From a virus (lineage: Duplodnaviria; Caudoviricetes), in the IMG/VR virus record IMGVR_UViG_3300010429_000387, positions 64,001 to 128,000 of that record: DNA of 64,000 nt; one strand, 5' to 3'. Under the pieces are notes generated by a model that saw nothing but the letters and a program-made list of their open reading frames with translations, was not told where the DNA came from and did not search any database. Both the position numbers and the translations under genes were made by a program. This document shows, one piece after another, positions 27,135 to 36,977 of the stretch. How positions within the stretch are numbered: position 1 is the first letter of the stretch; every line of letters starts with the position of its first letter.

Positions 27135-29033
27135 ATGATGACGGACTCGGAGCGCCAAGCACGTATCAAGGAGCTGGAGGGGCTCCTTGCTGAAGCCCGT
27201 GACGCTTACTACAACAAGCAGCCTATTGTCCCGGACGAAGTGTACGATGCCTGGTCCGATGAGCTGTCAGAGCTGGATGACCTCAACCGGATTCTCTCTT
27301 CGGTAGGGTCTCCCCCTGTTTCAGAGTGGGCCAAGGTCACTCACTCCAATCCGATGGGATCTTTGAACAAGGTCAACACCCTTGAGGAGATCACCGACTG
27401 GATTCAGACCTACGCCCAAGGGGAGGCCCTTCTCGTTTCGGAGAAGCTGGATGGGATCTCCATTCAGGTCAAGTACGTCAACGGGAAGCTAGCTCAGGCT
27501 TCAACAAGAGGGGATGGTTTCATCGGGGAGGACATCACTGTCAATGCTCTTCGCATGAAGGGTGTCCCAGAAAAGCTCCCCAAACGGGTCACCTGTTCCT
27601 TCCGTGGTGAGATCATCCTCAGGAAGAGCGACTTCGCTGACCACTTCAAGAACGACGGGTACGCCAACACCCGCAATGCTACCTCCGGGATCTCCAAGCG
27701 GTATGACGGGAAGGGCTGTGAGCACTTGACCGTCCTCTTCTACAAGGTCATGAGCGGGGTCAGCTTCTCCACCTCGGAGGAGCAGTTCAAGTTCATCGAG
27801 AGCATGGGGCTCTCCACCCCTTGGTGGGCTCTCTCGGGCCTCTGGCTTGGAATCAAGACCCCACACGACATCTGGGTGGAGTACCAGCAGTCGAAGCGGG
27901 ACCGTCTCGACTACGACATCGACGGCCTGGTGGTGGAGGTCAATGACCTCGCCAAGCAGTTTGCCCTCGGTGAGAAGGACCTCCGTCCAGTTGGGGCGAC
28001 GGCTTTCAAGTTTGCCCCCATCACCCGAGAGACAGTCCTCCGGGGGATCACCCTTCAGACTGGGGGTACGGGCAGGATCACCCCCGTTGCCAACTTCGAC
28101 CCGGTGAACCTTCTTGGGGCTCAGGTATCCAATGCGAGCCTCTACAACTGGCGCTACATCCAGACCCTTGGCCTGGACATCGGGGCCAGGATCCTTGTTG
28201 CCCGAGCCAACGATGTCATCCCCAGGGTGGTAGCCGTGGTTCGGGGCACAGGTACCGTTGCCGCTCCCCCTACGAGCTGTCCCTCTTGTGGAGCTGAGGT
28301 TGTTCAGGACGGGGAGTTCCACGTCTGCCCCAATAGGGAGGCGTGCCCGGCTCAGGTTGTGGGGCGGGTCTCCCAGTGGATCACCAGCCTCAACATCCTG
28401 GAGTGGGGTGACACCCTCTTGGAGAAGCTCACCACCTCCGGGTTGGTGAAGTCGATCCCCGACCTGTACCGTCTCACTGAGGCCCAGCTCTCAGGGTTGG
28501 AGCGGATGGGTGATACTTCGGCTGCCAAGGCCCTGAAGCTGTTGAGGGCCAAGAAGGTCCTGCCCCTGGAGTTGGTCCTTGGTTCCTTGTGCATCCCAGG
28601 GATTGCCGTGACCACGGTCAAGCTGGTGATGGATGCTGGGTTCGACACCATCGAAAAGCTCAGGGCTGCCCCCTTGGAGAAGCTCGGAAAGATCAAGGGG
28701 ATCGGGCCGGTCAAGGCAGAGGCCCTTTTCAAGTGGCTCAGGGACCAGGGTCAGGTGGTGGACGACCTCCTGGCCGTTGGTGTAGTGATCCAGGAGCCTG
28801 TTCGAGGCAAGTTCTCCGGTATGTCCTTCTGCTTCACCGGGGAGATGCAGAACAAGCGTGGGGACCTTGAGGCCATGGCAAAAGCCCAGGGGGCAGAGAT
28901 CAAGAGTAGTGTGACCAAGAAGCTCACCTACCTGGTACTCTCCGACACCTCGACCACCAAAGCTGCAACCGCCAAGAAGTATGGTACCAAGTGTCTTTCG
29001 GAGGACGAGTTCTTGGCCTTGGTCAACGGGTAA
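27135..29033 (+). CDS. ligA: NAD-dependent DNA ligase
   Basis: EKLDG, TRGDG..GEDIT, DGLVV, Zn finger, HhH, BRCT. Confidence 0.96.
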   Translation: MMTDSERQARIKELEGLLAEARDAYYNKQPIVPDEVYDAWSDELSELDDLNRILSSVGSPPVSEWAKVTHSNPMGSLNKVNTLEEITDWIQTYAQGEALLVSEKLDGISIQVKYVNGKLAQASTRGDGFIGEDITVNALRMKGVPEKLPKRVTCSFRGEIILRKSDFADHFKNDGYANTRNATSGISKRYDGKGCEHLTVLFYKVMSGVSFSTSEEQFKFIESMGLSTPWWALSGLWLGIKTPHDIWVEYQQSKRDRLDYDIDGLVVEVNDLAKQFALGEKDLRPVGATAFKFAPITRETVLRGITLQTGGTGRITPVANFDPVNLLGAQVSNASLYNWRYIQTLGLDIGARILVARANDVIPRVVAVVRGTGTVAAPPTSCPSCGAEVVQDGEFHVCPNREACPAQVVGRVSQWITSLNILEWGDTLLEKLTTSGLVKSIPDLYRLTEAQLSGLERMGDTSAAKALKLLRAKKVLPLELVLGSLCIPGIAVTTVKLVMDAGFDTIEKLRAAPLEKLGKIKGIGPVKAEALFKWLRDQGQVVDDLLAVGVVIQEPVRGKFSGMSFCFTGEMQNKRGDLEAMAKAQGAEIKSSVTKKLTYLVLSDTSTTKAATAKKYGTKCLSEDEFLALVNG

Positions 29034-29037
29034 CTAC

Positions 29038-31290
29038 ATGGAATCTATCCGCATTCGGGTGTGGAGTGTCATCCACAAGACCGATGACTTCCACATCTTT
29101 TCTGCGGAGCCTTGTAGCAGGGATGCTTTCAGCTACGACCGAAAGGTCACCTGCAAGGGACGGCTCTTCGGAATCCAGGGGATTGCTCCTGGGGTCCCCC
29201 TGGAACTGTTTGGAAAGTGGACCTCTCATCCGAAGTTTGGGCGTCAGTTTGATCTGTCTGGGTGGGCTCCCTGGTCCGATTCCTCAGTGGGGGTGGAGAG
29301 CTTCTTTCGCCACTGCTTGGGGGTCATTGACGAACTCCAGATTGCTGCCCTGGTTGATACCTTCGGGACCGATACCTACAAGATCCTCTCCGAGGAACCT
29401 AAGCGTCTGGTCGAGGTTCTGGGGTTTGACGACGCCATCATAGAGCGGATCCTGTCTGCCTGGGCAGAGGCCCGAACAAGCTCAGACCTCTCCACCTTCT
29501 TTGCGGACCACAACATCACCTCCGAGCAGATGAAGAACCTCTTCACCACGTTCGGGTCTGAGGCCAAGCGCATCATCGAGGATAATCCCTACCGCCTTCT
29601 TGAGGTGGATGGATTCCCGTTTGCCAAGGCGGATGAGGTGGCTCAGGCCAGGGGTCTTCAACCAGGGGATCCTCGAAGGTTCGAGGGGGCTGTTCTGTGG
29701 GTCCTACGAGAGGGGGCTAACTCGGGACACCTCTGTATCCGTCGTGGGGAGTTGACCACCCAACTTCGAGAGCTAGCCAGGACATCTGAGGTGGACCCCT
29801 TTGAGGACGTGAACCTCACTGCCGAACTAAACTCGGCTGTTCAGAGACTCCAGTCCCGAGGTGGGGTCAAGCTCGATCCGAATGTCGGGGTTTACCTCCC
29901 CAAGTATTTCAAGTACGAGCGGGATTCAGCCGCCAGCCTTGCTCGGTTCATCACCCCCGTGAAGCTCGATGTAGACCTGGTGAGCCTCCTGGCAACCTAC
30001 GAGGCAGTCCACCAGATCACCCTCTCGGAAGCCCAACGGGGGGCTGTTGAGAAGCTGACCAACAACCGGGTGCTGACGCTCACCGGCCTCCCTGGGACTG
30101 GCAAGACCACTGTCATCAAGACCTTCGTAGAGCTGTTCCAGAAGGCCGGGGTGAGCTTCGTGCTCATGGCCCCTACCGGGATTGCCTCGAAGCGCCTGGC
30201 CTCTGTTACGGGGCACCAGGCGGCCACCATCCATCGGACCTTCCGCTACACGGGAGAGTCCTGGGGTTACAACAACGACAACAAGTACCCCATCGGAGCC
30301 GTCATCGTGGACGAGATGTCGATGGTGGACCAGGAACTCTTCTACCGGATCCTGGATGCCCTGGAGGAGGGTACCATCCTGGTCTTCGTCGGGGATGACG
30401 CCCAGCTACCTTCAGTGGGTCCTGGGAATGTCCTTCGTGAGCTGGTTCGGTGCTCGGCCATTCCAACGGTTCGACTCACCCAAATCTTCCGTCAGGCCCA
30501 GGAGAGCGACATCATCCTGAACTCCCATCGGATCAATCGTGGGGATGCTATTGTTCCTGGGGGTGTTGAGTCAGACTTCAGGTTCGTTCCCATTGTGGAT
30601 GAGGACAAGATCGCTGAGCTGGTGGTCCAGATGGCTATCAAGCTCAAGGGTCGAGACGCTAACTTCCAGATTCTCAGCCCCAAGTACGATGGGGTGGTTG
30701 GGGTCACTAACCTGAATGACCAACTACGGGAGGTCCTGAACCCGCCCTCCCCAGGGAAGAAGGAGTTCACCCTTGACGGGGTGCTCAAGTTCCGTGAGGG
30801 AGACCGCATCATGGTGGTCAAGAACGACTACCAGTTGGGGGTCTACAATGGGGACATGGGCAAGCTCATGCAGATCCGTTCGGATGCTTTCACCGTTCGT
30901 ATCCACGGAATCGGTGAGGACGGCCTGGATGTGCAGGTAGAGATCCCACGGAAAGAAGTCCTTCAGAAGCTCCGGTTGGCCTACGCCATCACCGTCCACA
31001 AGAGCCAGGGGTCCGAGTTTGACACCGTTATTCTGCCCATGGTGAGAACCCATGGCAGGATGCTTCAGCGGAATCTCTTCTATACCGCTGTAACCAGGGC
31101 CAAGCGAAAGGTCTGGCTCCTGGGCGACCACTCGTCCATCCAACGGGCGATCAACAACGATAAGGTGATTTTGCGTAACACTGGATTTGAGGGAGCCATC
31201 CTGGGGGCTGTGGCGGCACTAGAACCTGCCAAGAAACCTGGTTCCGGTGTAGGATCAGGCAATGAGCAGCAGCAAGTCAACCCTCAGTGA
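29038..31290 (+). CDS. recD2: RecD2-like SF1B helicase
   Basis: HPKFGRQF, NPYRL, GLPGTGKTT, DEMSM, AYAITVHKSQGSE. Confidence 0.95.
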   Translation: MESIRIRVWSVIHKTDDFHIFSAEPCSRDAFSYDRKVTCKGRLFGIQGIAPGVPLELFGKWTSHPKFGRQFDLSGWAPWSDSSVGVESFFRHCLGVIDELQIAALVDTFGTDTYKILSEEPKRLVEVLGFDDAIIERILSAWAEARTSSDLSTFFADHNITSEQMKNLFTTFGSEAKRIIEDNPYRLLEVDGFPFAKADEVAQARGLQPGDPRRFEGAVLWVLREGANSGHLCIRRGELTTQLRELARTSEVDPFEDVNLTAELNSAVQRLQSRGGVKLDPNVGVYLPKYFKYERDSAASLARFITPVKLDVDLVSLLATYEAVHQITLSEAQRGAVEKLTNNRVLTLTGLPGTGKTTVIKTFVELFQKAGVSFVLMAPTGIASKRLASVTGHQAATIHRTFRYTGESWGYNNDNKYPIGAVIVDEMSMVDQELFYRILDALEEGTILVFVGDDAQLPSVGPGNVLRELVRCSAIPTVRLTQIFRQAQESDIILNSHRINRGDAIVPGGVESDFRFVPIVDEDKIAELVVQMAIKLKGRDANFQILSPKYDGVVGVTNLNDQLREVLNPPSPGKKEFTLDGVLKFREGDRIMVVKNDYQLGVYNGDMGKLMQIRSDAFTVRIHGIGEDGLDVQVEIPRKEVLQKLRLAYAITVHKSQGSEFDTVILPMVRTHGRMLQRNLFYTAVTRAKRKVWLLGDHSSIQRAINNDKVILRNTGFEGAILGAVAALEPAKKPGSGVGSGNEQQQVNPQ

Positions 31291-31681
31291 AGCCCAGAAA
31301 TCTCGATTCAAGAGGCTACTCTCTACAGTCCAGGTTGACAAGGTGACCGTCTCGTTCTCCATAGAAGAGCGGGACCCCAGTGGTAGGAAGAAGAGCGTCT
31401 TTGTCTCCCTCACGGCCTCCAGGGGGGCAGGGGCAGAGGTACCCCAGATGCACGAGGACTCGGAGTCTACGGGGTACACGATGGAGGAGGCCCGGATCAT
31501 CCGGTTGGCCCTTTCCAGGGAGGTGGTGAAGGGGGCCTACGACGATGCTTTTCGGAGGCGGGTCCTTCCACGGGATGAGGAGACCGTGTCCGAGATGAAG
31601 CAAGTGCTCAAGAGCTATGAGGACATCCTGGCCCAGGCAACCGGTGTTGATCCTGTTCCCAAGGATGGCACCAACGAGTGA
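31262..31681 (+). CDS. hypothetical protein
   Basis: Preceded by the CGGTGTA-N10-ATG motif. Confidence 0.7.
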   Translation: MSSSKSTLSEAQKSRFKRLLSTVQVDKVTVSFSIEERDPSGRKKSVFVSLTASRGAGAEVPQMHEDSESTGYTMEEARIIRLALSREVVKGAYDDAFRRRVLPRDEETVSEMKQVLKSYEDILAQATGVDPVPKDGTNE

Positions 31682-32719
31682 GTGAGGCTAGGCATGGACC
31701 AGAAACGAGTTGAGGAAATCTACCGCATTATCGAGGGCTTGCACATCGAGCTGGAGCCAGACCCCACGGTTTTGGGGCCTCGGTACATCATGGAGCGGGT
31801 TTCCAAGTGCAGGAACAACCTCAACATCGTCTCTCAGATCCGGCAGTCTATCAGTCGGGAACGTAGAGAGCTGAAGAGGCAGTTGTCCGGCGAGGAGTCT
31901 ATCATGACTATCGAGCGGGACCAGCTTCTTGCGAGCAATGAGACAGTTCGGAAGCAGCCCAACATCCGAGACCGAGAGGCCGTGGTCAACACCATGCTTC
32001 GGGAACGGCTGAACAGGATCTCCCAGCTCAAGGCGGACATCCTCGACATTGATACCGTTGAGCAGCCCGTGAAGATGGTTCATGATGAGCTGGTCAGGAC
32101 GGCCACTGAGATCCGAACCCAGCGCTCGATGATCCAAGCGGATCGGACCTCGGGAGCTGGCTATGGGGATGAGTCTGGAGACGCCCCCCAGAGCAGGGTC
32201 CCCAGGGAGGATGACCTGGACGAGGAGGAGCTTGATCGGATCATGCGGGAGCAGACCCCCTTGGTCGCCCCGGAGCCTTCCAGGACCCCTCCCAAGCCCA
32301 AGGAGCCCGAGCCCAAGCCCGAGGTGGAAGAGACGCCCTGTGTCTCCCCAGAGACCTGTGGAGCCTTCTGTACGGGTGAGTGCCTGAAGCCCGCCCCGGT
32401 GGAGGAGACAGCAGCTTCAGAGGTACCCTCCGTAGAGCCCCCGAAGGCCCCCGAAACACCCACTCAAGACAAGCAGGAACCCTCTGGAATTGACCTCCAC
32501 ACAGAGGTACCACTTTCAGCACTAGCCCTCCCCAAGCCTGAGGTGGTTGAGCCCCCTGTGCAGGCTGGTGAGGACCCAGATATCGCCAAGTTCCTTGCCA
32601 AAGAGGAGCCTGCCCCTCAGCCCAAGGCCAAGGCCACTAAGAAAGCGAAGGCTGAGCCTCCTCCCGCCCCAGTAGAAGACGATGCAATCGACTTTGAGAG
32701 TTTGCTCCAAAGTCTCTGA
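31682..32719 (+). CDS. coiled-coil protein with Pro/Glu-rich tail
   Basis: N-terminal helices, low-complexity C-terminus ending DFESLLQSL. Confidence 0.75.
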   Translation: MRLGMDQKRVEEIYRIIEGLHIELEPDPTVLGPRYIMERVSKCRNNLNIVSQIRQSISRERRELKRQLSGEESIMTIERDQLLASNETVRKQPNIRDREAVVNTMLRERLNRISQLKADILDIDTVEQPVKMVHDELVRTATEIRTQRSMIQADRTSGAGYGDESGDAPQSRVPREDDLDEEELDRIMREQTPLVAPEPSRTPPKPKEPEPKPEVEETPCVSPETCGAFCTGECLKPAPVEETAASEVPSVEPPKAPETPTQDKQEPSGIDLHTEVPLSALALPKPEVVEPPVQAGEDPDIAKFLAKEEPAPQPKAKATKKAKAEPPPAPVEDDAIDFESLLQSL

Positions 32720-32896
32720 CCTTGACCACGGTATTCCACTGGTGTAGGGGACTAAGCGGTACACTACCTGACCTGACCCGGCCGTAGTGCCAATGTCCTG
32801 TCATAGTGGTGTACCGCATTCCAACGCACCGACCAGGCTTCCCAGCCCTACCTTCCACGTATCTGGGGACCACGTCACTTGCACGGAGAAAAAACC

Positions 32897-33775
32897 ATGA
32901 GCGATACAGAGTTTGATACCGATCTGCCCTCCCTCGACGATGATGGCTCTATTGGGCTTGGCGACGAGGACAAGGGCAAAGTCAGCTCCAACCAGTTGGA
33001 GTGGTACAAGGGAGAGAAGGGTCGAACCGACCGCATCGCCCTCGTGTACTTCAACACGGTGGACGTGACGAACCTCCGTCGTGCGGTCAAGCAGAAGCCT
33101 GACCTGTCGGCGGATCAGAAGAAGGTGGTCCTGGGGAAGGTCCGATCTGCCCTTGCTGAGAAGCTGCAAAAGTCAGTGGACCAGCTCGATGGTGTGGACC
33201 TGTTGGACCTCAACGAGGCACGCTTCAAGCCAGTTCGAGCCTCCTACAAGCAGAACCTTGGGTACTTCGCTTGGCCGAAGTCGGTCACTGCCGAAGAGGA
33301 GAAGGTCTGGCGCAAGGCTGGTGAGGCCAAGGACTACGTCTGTACCGTCGTTCTGTGGTACCCGACCGACCGTGAGGGTGAGGTTGACAAGGACCGTTTG
33401 GCGAAGGGCTGGAGGGTTCTCCCCTGGCGGTTCGCTCCCGACAAGTTCGACGTGATCCGCAAGATCAACAAGGGCCTCATCGAGAGTGGTTCCTCGGTCT
33501 CTCGCATCGACCTCAACATCAGTTGCACTGACACCCAGTACCAGAAGATCACGATCACTCAGGCGGGACCTGCCATCTACCAGCGTCATGAGCCCTTCAA
33601 GCGGGCCGTCTTGGAGAAGGCTCTGGCGCTCTACCCGAAGCTCAGCCCCTTCCGTGAACTGACCACGGATGAGCTTCGTGAGAAGCTGGGCATGGCCCCC
33701 TCCGGTGGCGGTGGAGTTGCTCCGGGATCCGACTTCTCGGACGGCGACCTCTCCAACGTTCTTGCTGGCGTCTGA
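32897..33775 (+). CDS. putative single-stranded DNA-binding protein (gp32-like)
   Basis: Replication context, DLNISCTDTQYQKITI motif, acidic tail. Confidence 0.6.
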   Translation: MSDTEFDTDLPSLDDDGSIGLGDEDKGKVSSNQLEWYKGEKGRTDRIALVYFNTVDVTNLRRAVKQKPDLSADQKKVVLGKVRSALAEKLQKSVDQLDGVDLLDLNEARFKPVRASYKQNLGYFAWPKSVTAEEEKVWRKAGEAKDYVCTVVLWYPTDREGEVDKDRLAKGWRVLPWRFAPDKFDVIRKINKGLIESGSSVSRIDLNISCTDTQYQKITITQAGPAIYQRHEPFKRAVLEKALALYPKLSPFRELTTDELREKLGMAPSGGGGVAPGSDFSDGDLSNVLAGV

Positions 33776-33789
33776 TTCGTAGTACCAAG

Positions 33790-33826
33790 ACGGGAGGCAT
33801 CCGGTAACGGGTGTCCTCCCGTTTCT
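33790..33826 (+). terminator. intrinsic terminator
   Basis: ACGGGAGGCATCC-GGTAAC-GGGTGTCCTCCCGT-TTCTT. Confidence 0.6.
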
Positions 33827-33845
33827 TGCGAAATGGGAGCAGTGT

Positions 33846-34493
33846 ATGCTGTCCTTGGGGCTAGATCCGTCCATGTCCGGCTTTGGCTGGTGCGTCCACG
33901 ATCCGTGGGCGACGGGCAAGGCTCGTGTTGTGGATAAGGGGAGATTTGCGAGTCCATCCAGCGAGGTCTTCATCGCTCGGTACCTTGGACTCAGGGCGTG
34001 TGTCCTTGATCTTCTCGATGATTACCCCGAGGTCAAGATAGTGGGGGTTGAGTCACCCCCATTCGGTGAGGCGTGGTCAGAGGGTCTCTACGGCCTATTT
34101 CTCTACGTGAATGAGGCTATCTACCTCCGACGTAGGGACGTGGTGTACTTCGATCCCTCGACAGTCAAGGCTCTCACGAAAGAGGACCCCGAGGTCCGTA
34201 AGGGCAAGATGTTCAAGGCCGATATGGTGGCAATGGCCCAAGCCGATACCGGGGTATTCCGGTGGAATGGGGACGAAGCTGATGCCTACCACATCGCCAG
34301 GTTTGCCGCCCGCTTCTGGTTGCTAATCGAAGGAGAGATCACAGAGGACGTGCTTCTCCCCTCGGAGAAGCACACTTTCCTCAGGTCCCACACCTTCACT
34401 AGGGGCAAGCACGCTGGGGAGACCCAGAAACTCGGTACCCTGTTCCGTGAGGACGAGAGGTTCTTCAGGTTCTCAAGATTGGAGTCAACATGA
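33846..34493 (+). CDS. RuvC-like Holliday junction resolvase
   Basis: LGLDPS..GFGW, VGVE, DEADA. Confidence 0.85.
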   Translation: MLSLGLDPSMSGFGWCVHDPWATGKARVVDKGRFASPSSEVFIARYLGLRACVLDLLDDYPEVKIVGVESPPFGEAWSEGLYGLFLYVNEAIYLRRRDVVYFDPSTVKALTKEDPEVRKGKMFKADMVAMAQADTGVFRWNGDEADAYHIARFAARFWLLIEGEITEDVLLPSEKHTFLRSHTFTRGKHAGETQKLGTLFREDERFFRFSRLEST

Positions 34494-35740
34494 GCAAAGC
34501 CACAACGAGTGCCAAGGCAAAGAAGGAGCCCACGTCCTCCTCAGCAGAAGCAGATGCCAAGAGGAAGGCGATTGCAGACGGGGCAATCGCTATGATTGCT
34601 AAGGCTACGAAACAGAAGCCTCTGGGTCTTCACGAGGGGACCTGGCCGTTCATCCCGTCGGGAGCCTTGACGGTGGACAACCTGATCGGAGGCATTCCTC
34701 TTCCGGATGGCTCTGGGATGATCTGCCCAGGGTACCCGAGGGGCCGTATGTTCGAGGTGTTCGGCCCTGAGTCCTCAGGGAAGACCACTCTTGCCTTGGC
34801 TGCCATCGTCTCGGTTCAGAGGGCTGGGGGCATTGCCATGTTCCTCGACTACGAGAACGCCCTTCACCACGGGTACGCCAAGGCGATTGGCGTAGACTTC
34901 CGCCCTGACCGGCTCCTCTACTACGCCCCCTCCACTCTGGAAGAGGGGTTGAAGATGATGTACATCGCCATTCGGCAGAAGATTGACATCATCGTGGTGG
35001 ACTCGGTCGCTGCCATGGTTCCCCAGAAGGAGCTGGAGAAGAAGCTCGATGATGCAGCGGCTATCGGGGCTCTCGCTCGGGCCATGTCCACGGTTCTCCC
35101 CAAGATGACCCAGTGGCTCAAGGAGTCTCCCTCCTTCGTGATGTTCCTGAACCAGACCCGATCCCTCATCTCGGCTCAGTCCCACGCTGGGGATGACAAC
35201 ACGGCTGGTGGCAAGGCAGTCAAGTTCTACGCTAGCGGGCGTCTGAAGTTGACCCGAATCAAGTCCGAGATCGTGGAGAAGGCCGACCCGATCACCCTGA
35301 AGAAGAAGAAGATCCCCTACGGAAACCTGGTCCAGGTCAAGGTCGTCAAGAACAAGATGGCTGGAACCCAGGGGCACAACGGGACCATCTTCATCCGGTA
35401 CGGGGCTGGGGTGGACGAGTACCTGAGCCTCATCGAGGGTGCCATCCCCAGGAAGATCATCGTTCAGACCAGCGGGACGTACACCTACCAGGGAGAGACG
35501 TTCAAGGGGCGAGACCGTCTCCGCAAGTACCTCATGGAGAACCCCTCTGCCTTCGAGGCGTTGAAGGAGAAGGTCACCCTGGCCCTCACCAACGAGGCCC
35601 CCAAGGTCATCGAGGAAGTCGATGACGAGGACATCATCTCGGATATGAACTCCGAGCTTGCAGACGACGATGTTCACGAGAGTGATGAACAGGTCGAGGA
35701 CATCGAGAGTTCGGTTGAATCCTCCCTAGAAGAGTCATGA
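34490..35740 (+). CDS. recA: RecA recombinase
   Basis: GPESSGKTT, VVDSVAAM, NQTR, GGKAVKFYAS, VKVVKNK. Confidence 0.96.
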   Translation: MSKATTSAKAKKEPTSSSAEADAKRKAIADGAIAMIAKATKQKPLGLHEGTWPFIPSGALTVDNLIGGIPLPDGSGMICPGYPRGRMFEVFGPESSGKTTLALAAIVSVQRAGGIAMFLDYENALHHGYAKAIGVDFRPDRLLYYAPSTLEEGLKMMYIAIRQKIDIIVVDSVAAMVPQKELEKKLDDAAAIGALARAMSTVLPKMTQWLKESPSFVMFLNQTRSLISAQSHAGDDNTAGGKAVKFYASGRLKLTRIKSEIVEKADPITLKKKKIPYGNLVQVKVVKNKMAGTQGHNGTIFIRYGAGVDEYLSLIEGAIPRKIIVQTSGTYTYQGETFKGRDRLRKYLMENPSAFEALKEKVTLALTNEAPKVIEEVDDEDIISDMNSELADDDVHESDEQVEDIESSVESSLEES

Positions 35741-35744
35741 AGTC

Positions 35745-36977
35745 ATGATCCAAATCGAGGTTACAGGCTTTCAGTCTATCGAACAGACTCAGGTCTGCAT
35801 CGATGGGTTCACTGCTCTTGTGGGTCGGTCCAACATTGGCAAGTCCGCCGTGGTCCGGGCTCTCAAGTGTGCCCTGACCAACAGCCTCGGAACCTCCTTC
35901 GTTCGCCATGGGGAGTTCTGTGCCCGAACTCTCCGTGGTGCGAAGACCTGCAAGTGCTTCTCCTCAGTCCACATCCAGATGGATGGGTTCGATCTTCTGT
36001 GGGAGAAAGGGGACTCGGTCAACCGATACCTCTTCAACGGCAAGGAGTATGACAAGCCGGGACAGGGGATCCCGGACTTCCTGGTGGATAGCGGGTTCAG
36101 TCCAGTGAAGGTGGGTGACGATTCTGGCTGCATTCAAGTGGCCGACCAGTTCTTTCCGATCTTCTTGTTGAACCAGTCTGGACCAGCTATCGCTGAGGCT
36201 ATCTCCGACGTGGCCCGGCTGGACCGGATCAATAAGGCCGCCAAGATGGTCGAGAAGGACCGTCGGGAGGCCATGTCCACCAAGAAGGTTCGGGAGAAGG
36301 ACGCTGTGGAGCTGAGGGCCAAGCTCCAGGGCTACGACGGGCTCGACAGGGCGATAGAGCAGACCTCCTCAGTGGAGGACCAGCTTGCCGTGGTCGAGGC
36401 GGCAGAGGGCAAGGTAGACCTGCTGACGGGGTACCAGGAGTCGGTACAGACCTTGACCGAACGGATCCGAGGGCTTGTCTCTGTCGGGTCGGTGGTGGTC
36501 CCCGACCTGGCCCCCCTGGTGGCAGCCGACTCCAAGGCCACCAAGCTCACCAAGTTCTCGGTGGAGCTTGATGAGCGAGTTGAGAACTACAAGGCGGTTG
36601 CCTGGGTTGAGAACTTCCTGAGCAAGGTACCTGAGATCGAGCCTGTGCAGGAGGCCCAAGTGAAGATCAAGAAGCTCGATGGGTGGATCGGGAAGCTCCG
36701 CTCCTTCAAGGAGCGATTCGCCTTCCTGGACCGGGCAGAGAAGACCCAGGTCCCAGCCCTCACCGACGCTCCAGAGGCCCAGAAACGTCTTCAGACGATG
36801 GACCAGTACATCTCCAAGGTCCGAGCCCTTGAGACCGCCATCACCTCTCTGGAGGGCAAGCTCAAGGTTGCGACAGATGAGGAGGGGCAGGTGGTCTCCG
36901 AAGCTGAGGCGCTTGGTGTCTGCCCTACTTGCACCCAACCGTTTCAGGTTGGACAGTCGGAGCACGCCCATGCCTAG
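35745..36977 (+). CDS. Rad50/SbcC N-terminal half (Walker A, coiled coil, zinc hook)
   Basis: FQS, GRSNIGKS, Q-loop, terminal CPTC; no Walker B. Confidence 0.85.
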   Translation: MIQIEVTGFQSIEQTQVCIDGFTALVGRSNIGKSAVVRALKCALTNSLGTSFVRHGEFCARTLRGAKTCKCFSSVHIQMDGFDLLWEKGDSVNRYLFNGKEYDKPGQGIPDFLVDSGFSPVKVGDDSGCIQVADQFFPIFLLNQSGPAIAEAISDVARLDRINKAAKMVEKDRREAMSTKKVREKDAVELRAKLQGYDGLDRAIEQTSSVEDQLAVVEAAEGKVDLLTGYQESVQTLTERIRGLVSVGSVVVPDLAPLVAADSKATKLTKFSVELDERVENYKAVAWVENFLSKVPEIEPVQEAQVKIKKLDGWIGKLRSFKERFAFLDRAEKTQVPALTDAPEAQKRLQTMDQYISKVRALETAITSLEGKLKVATDEEGQVVSEAEALGVCPTCTQPFQVGQSEHAHA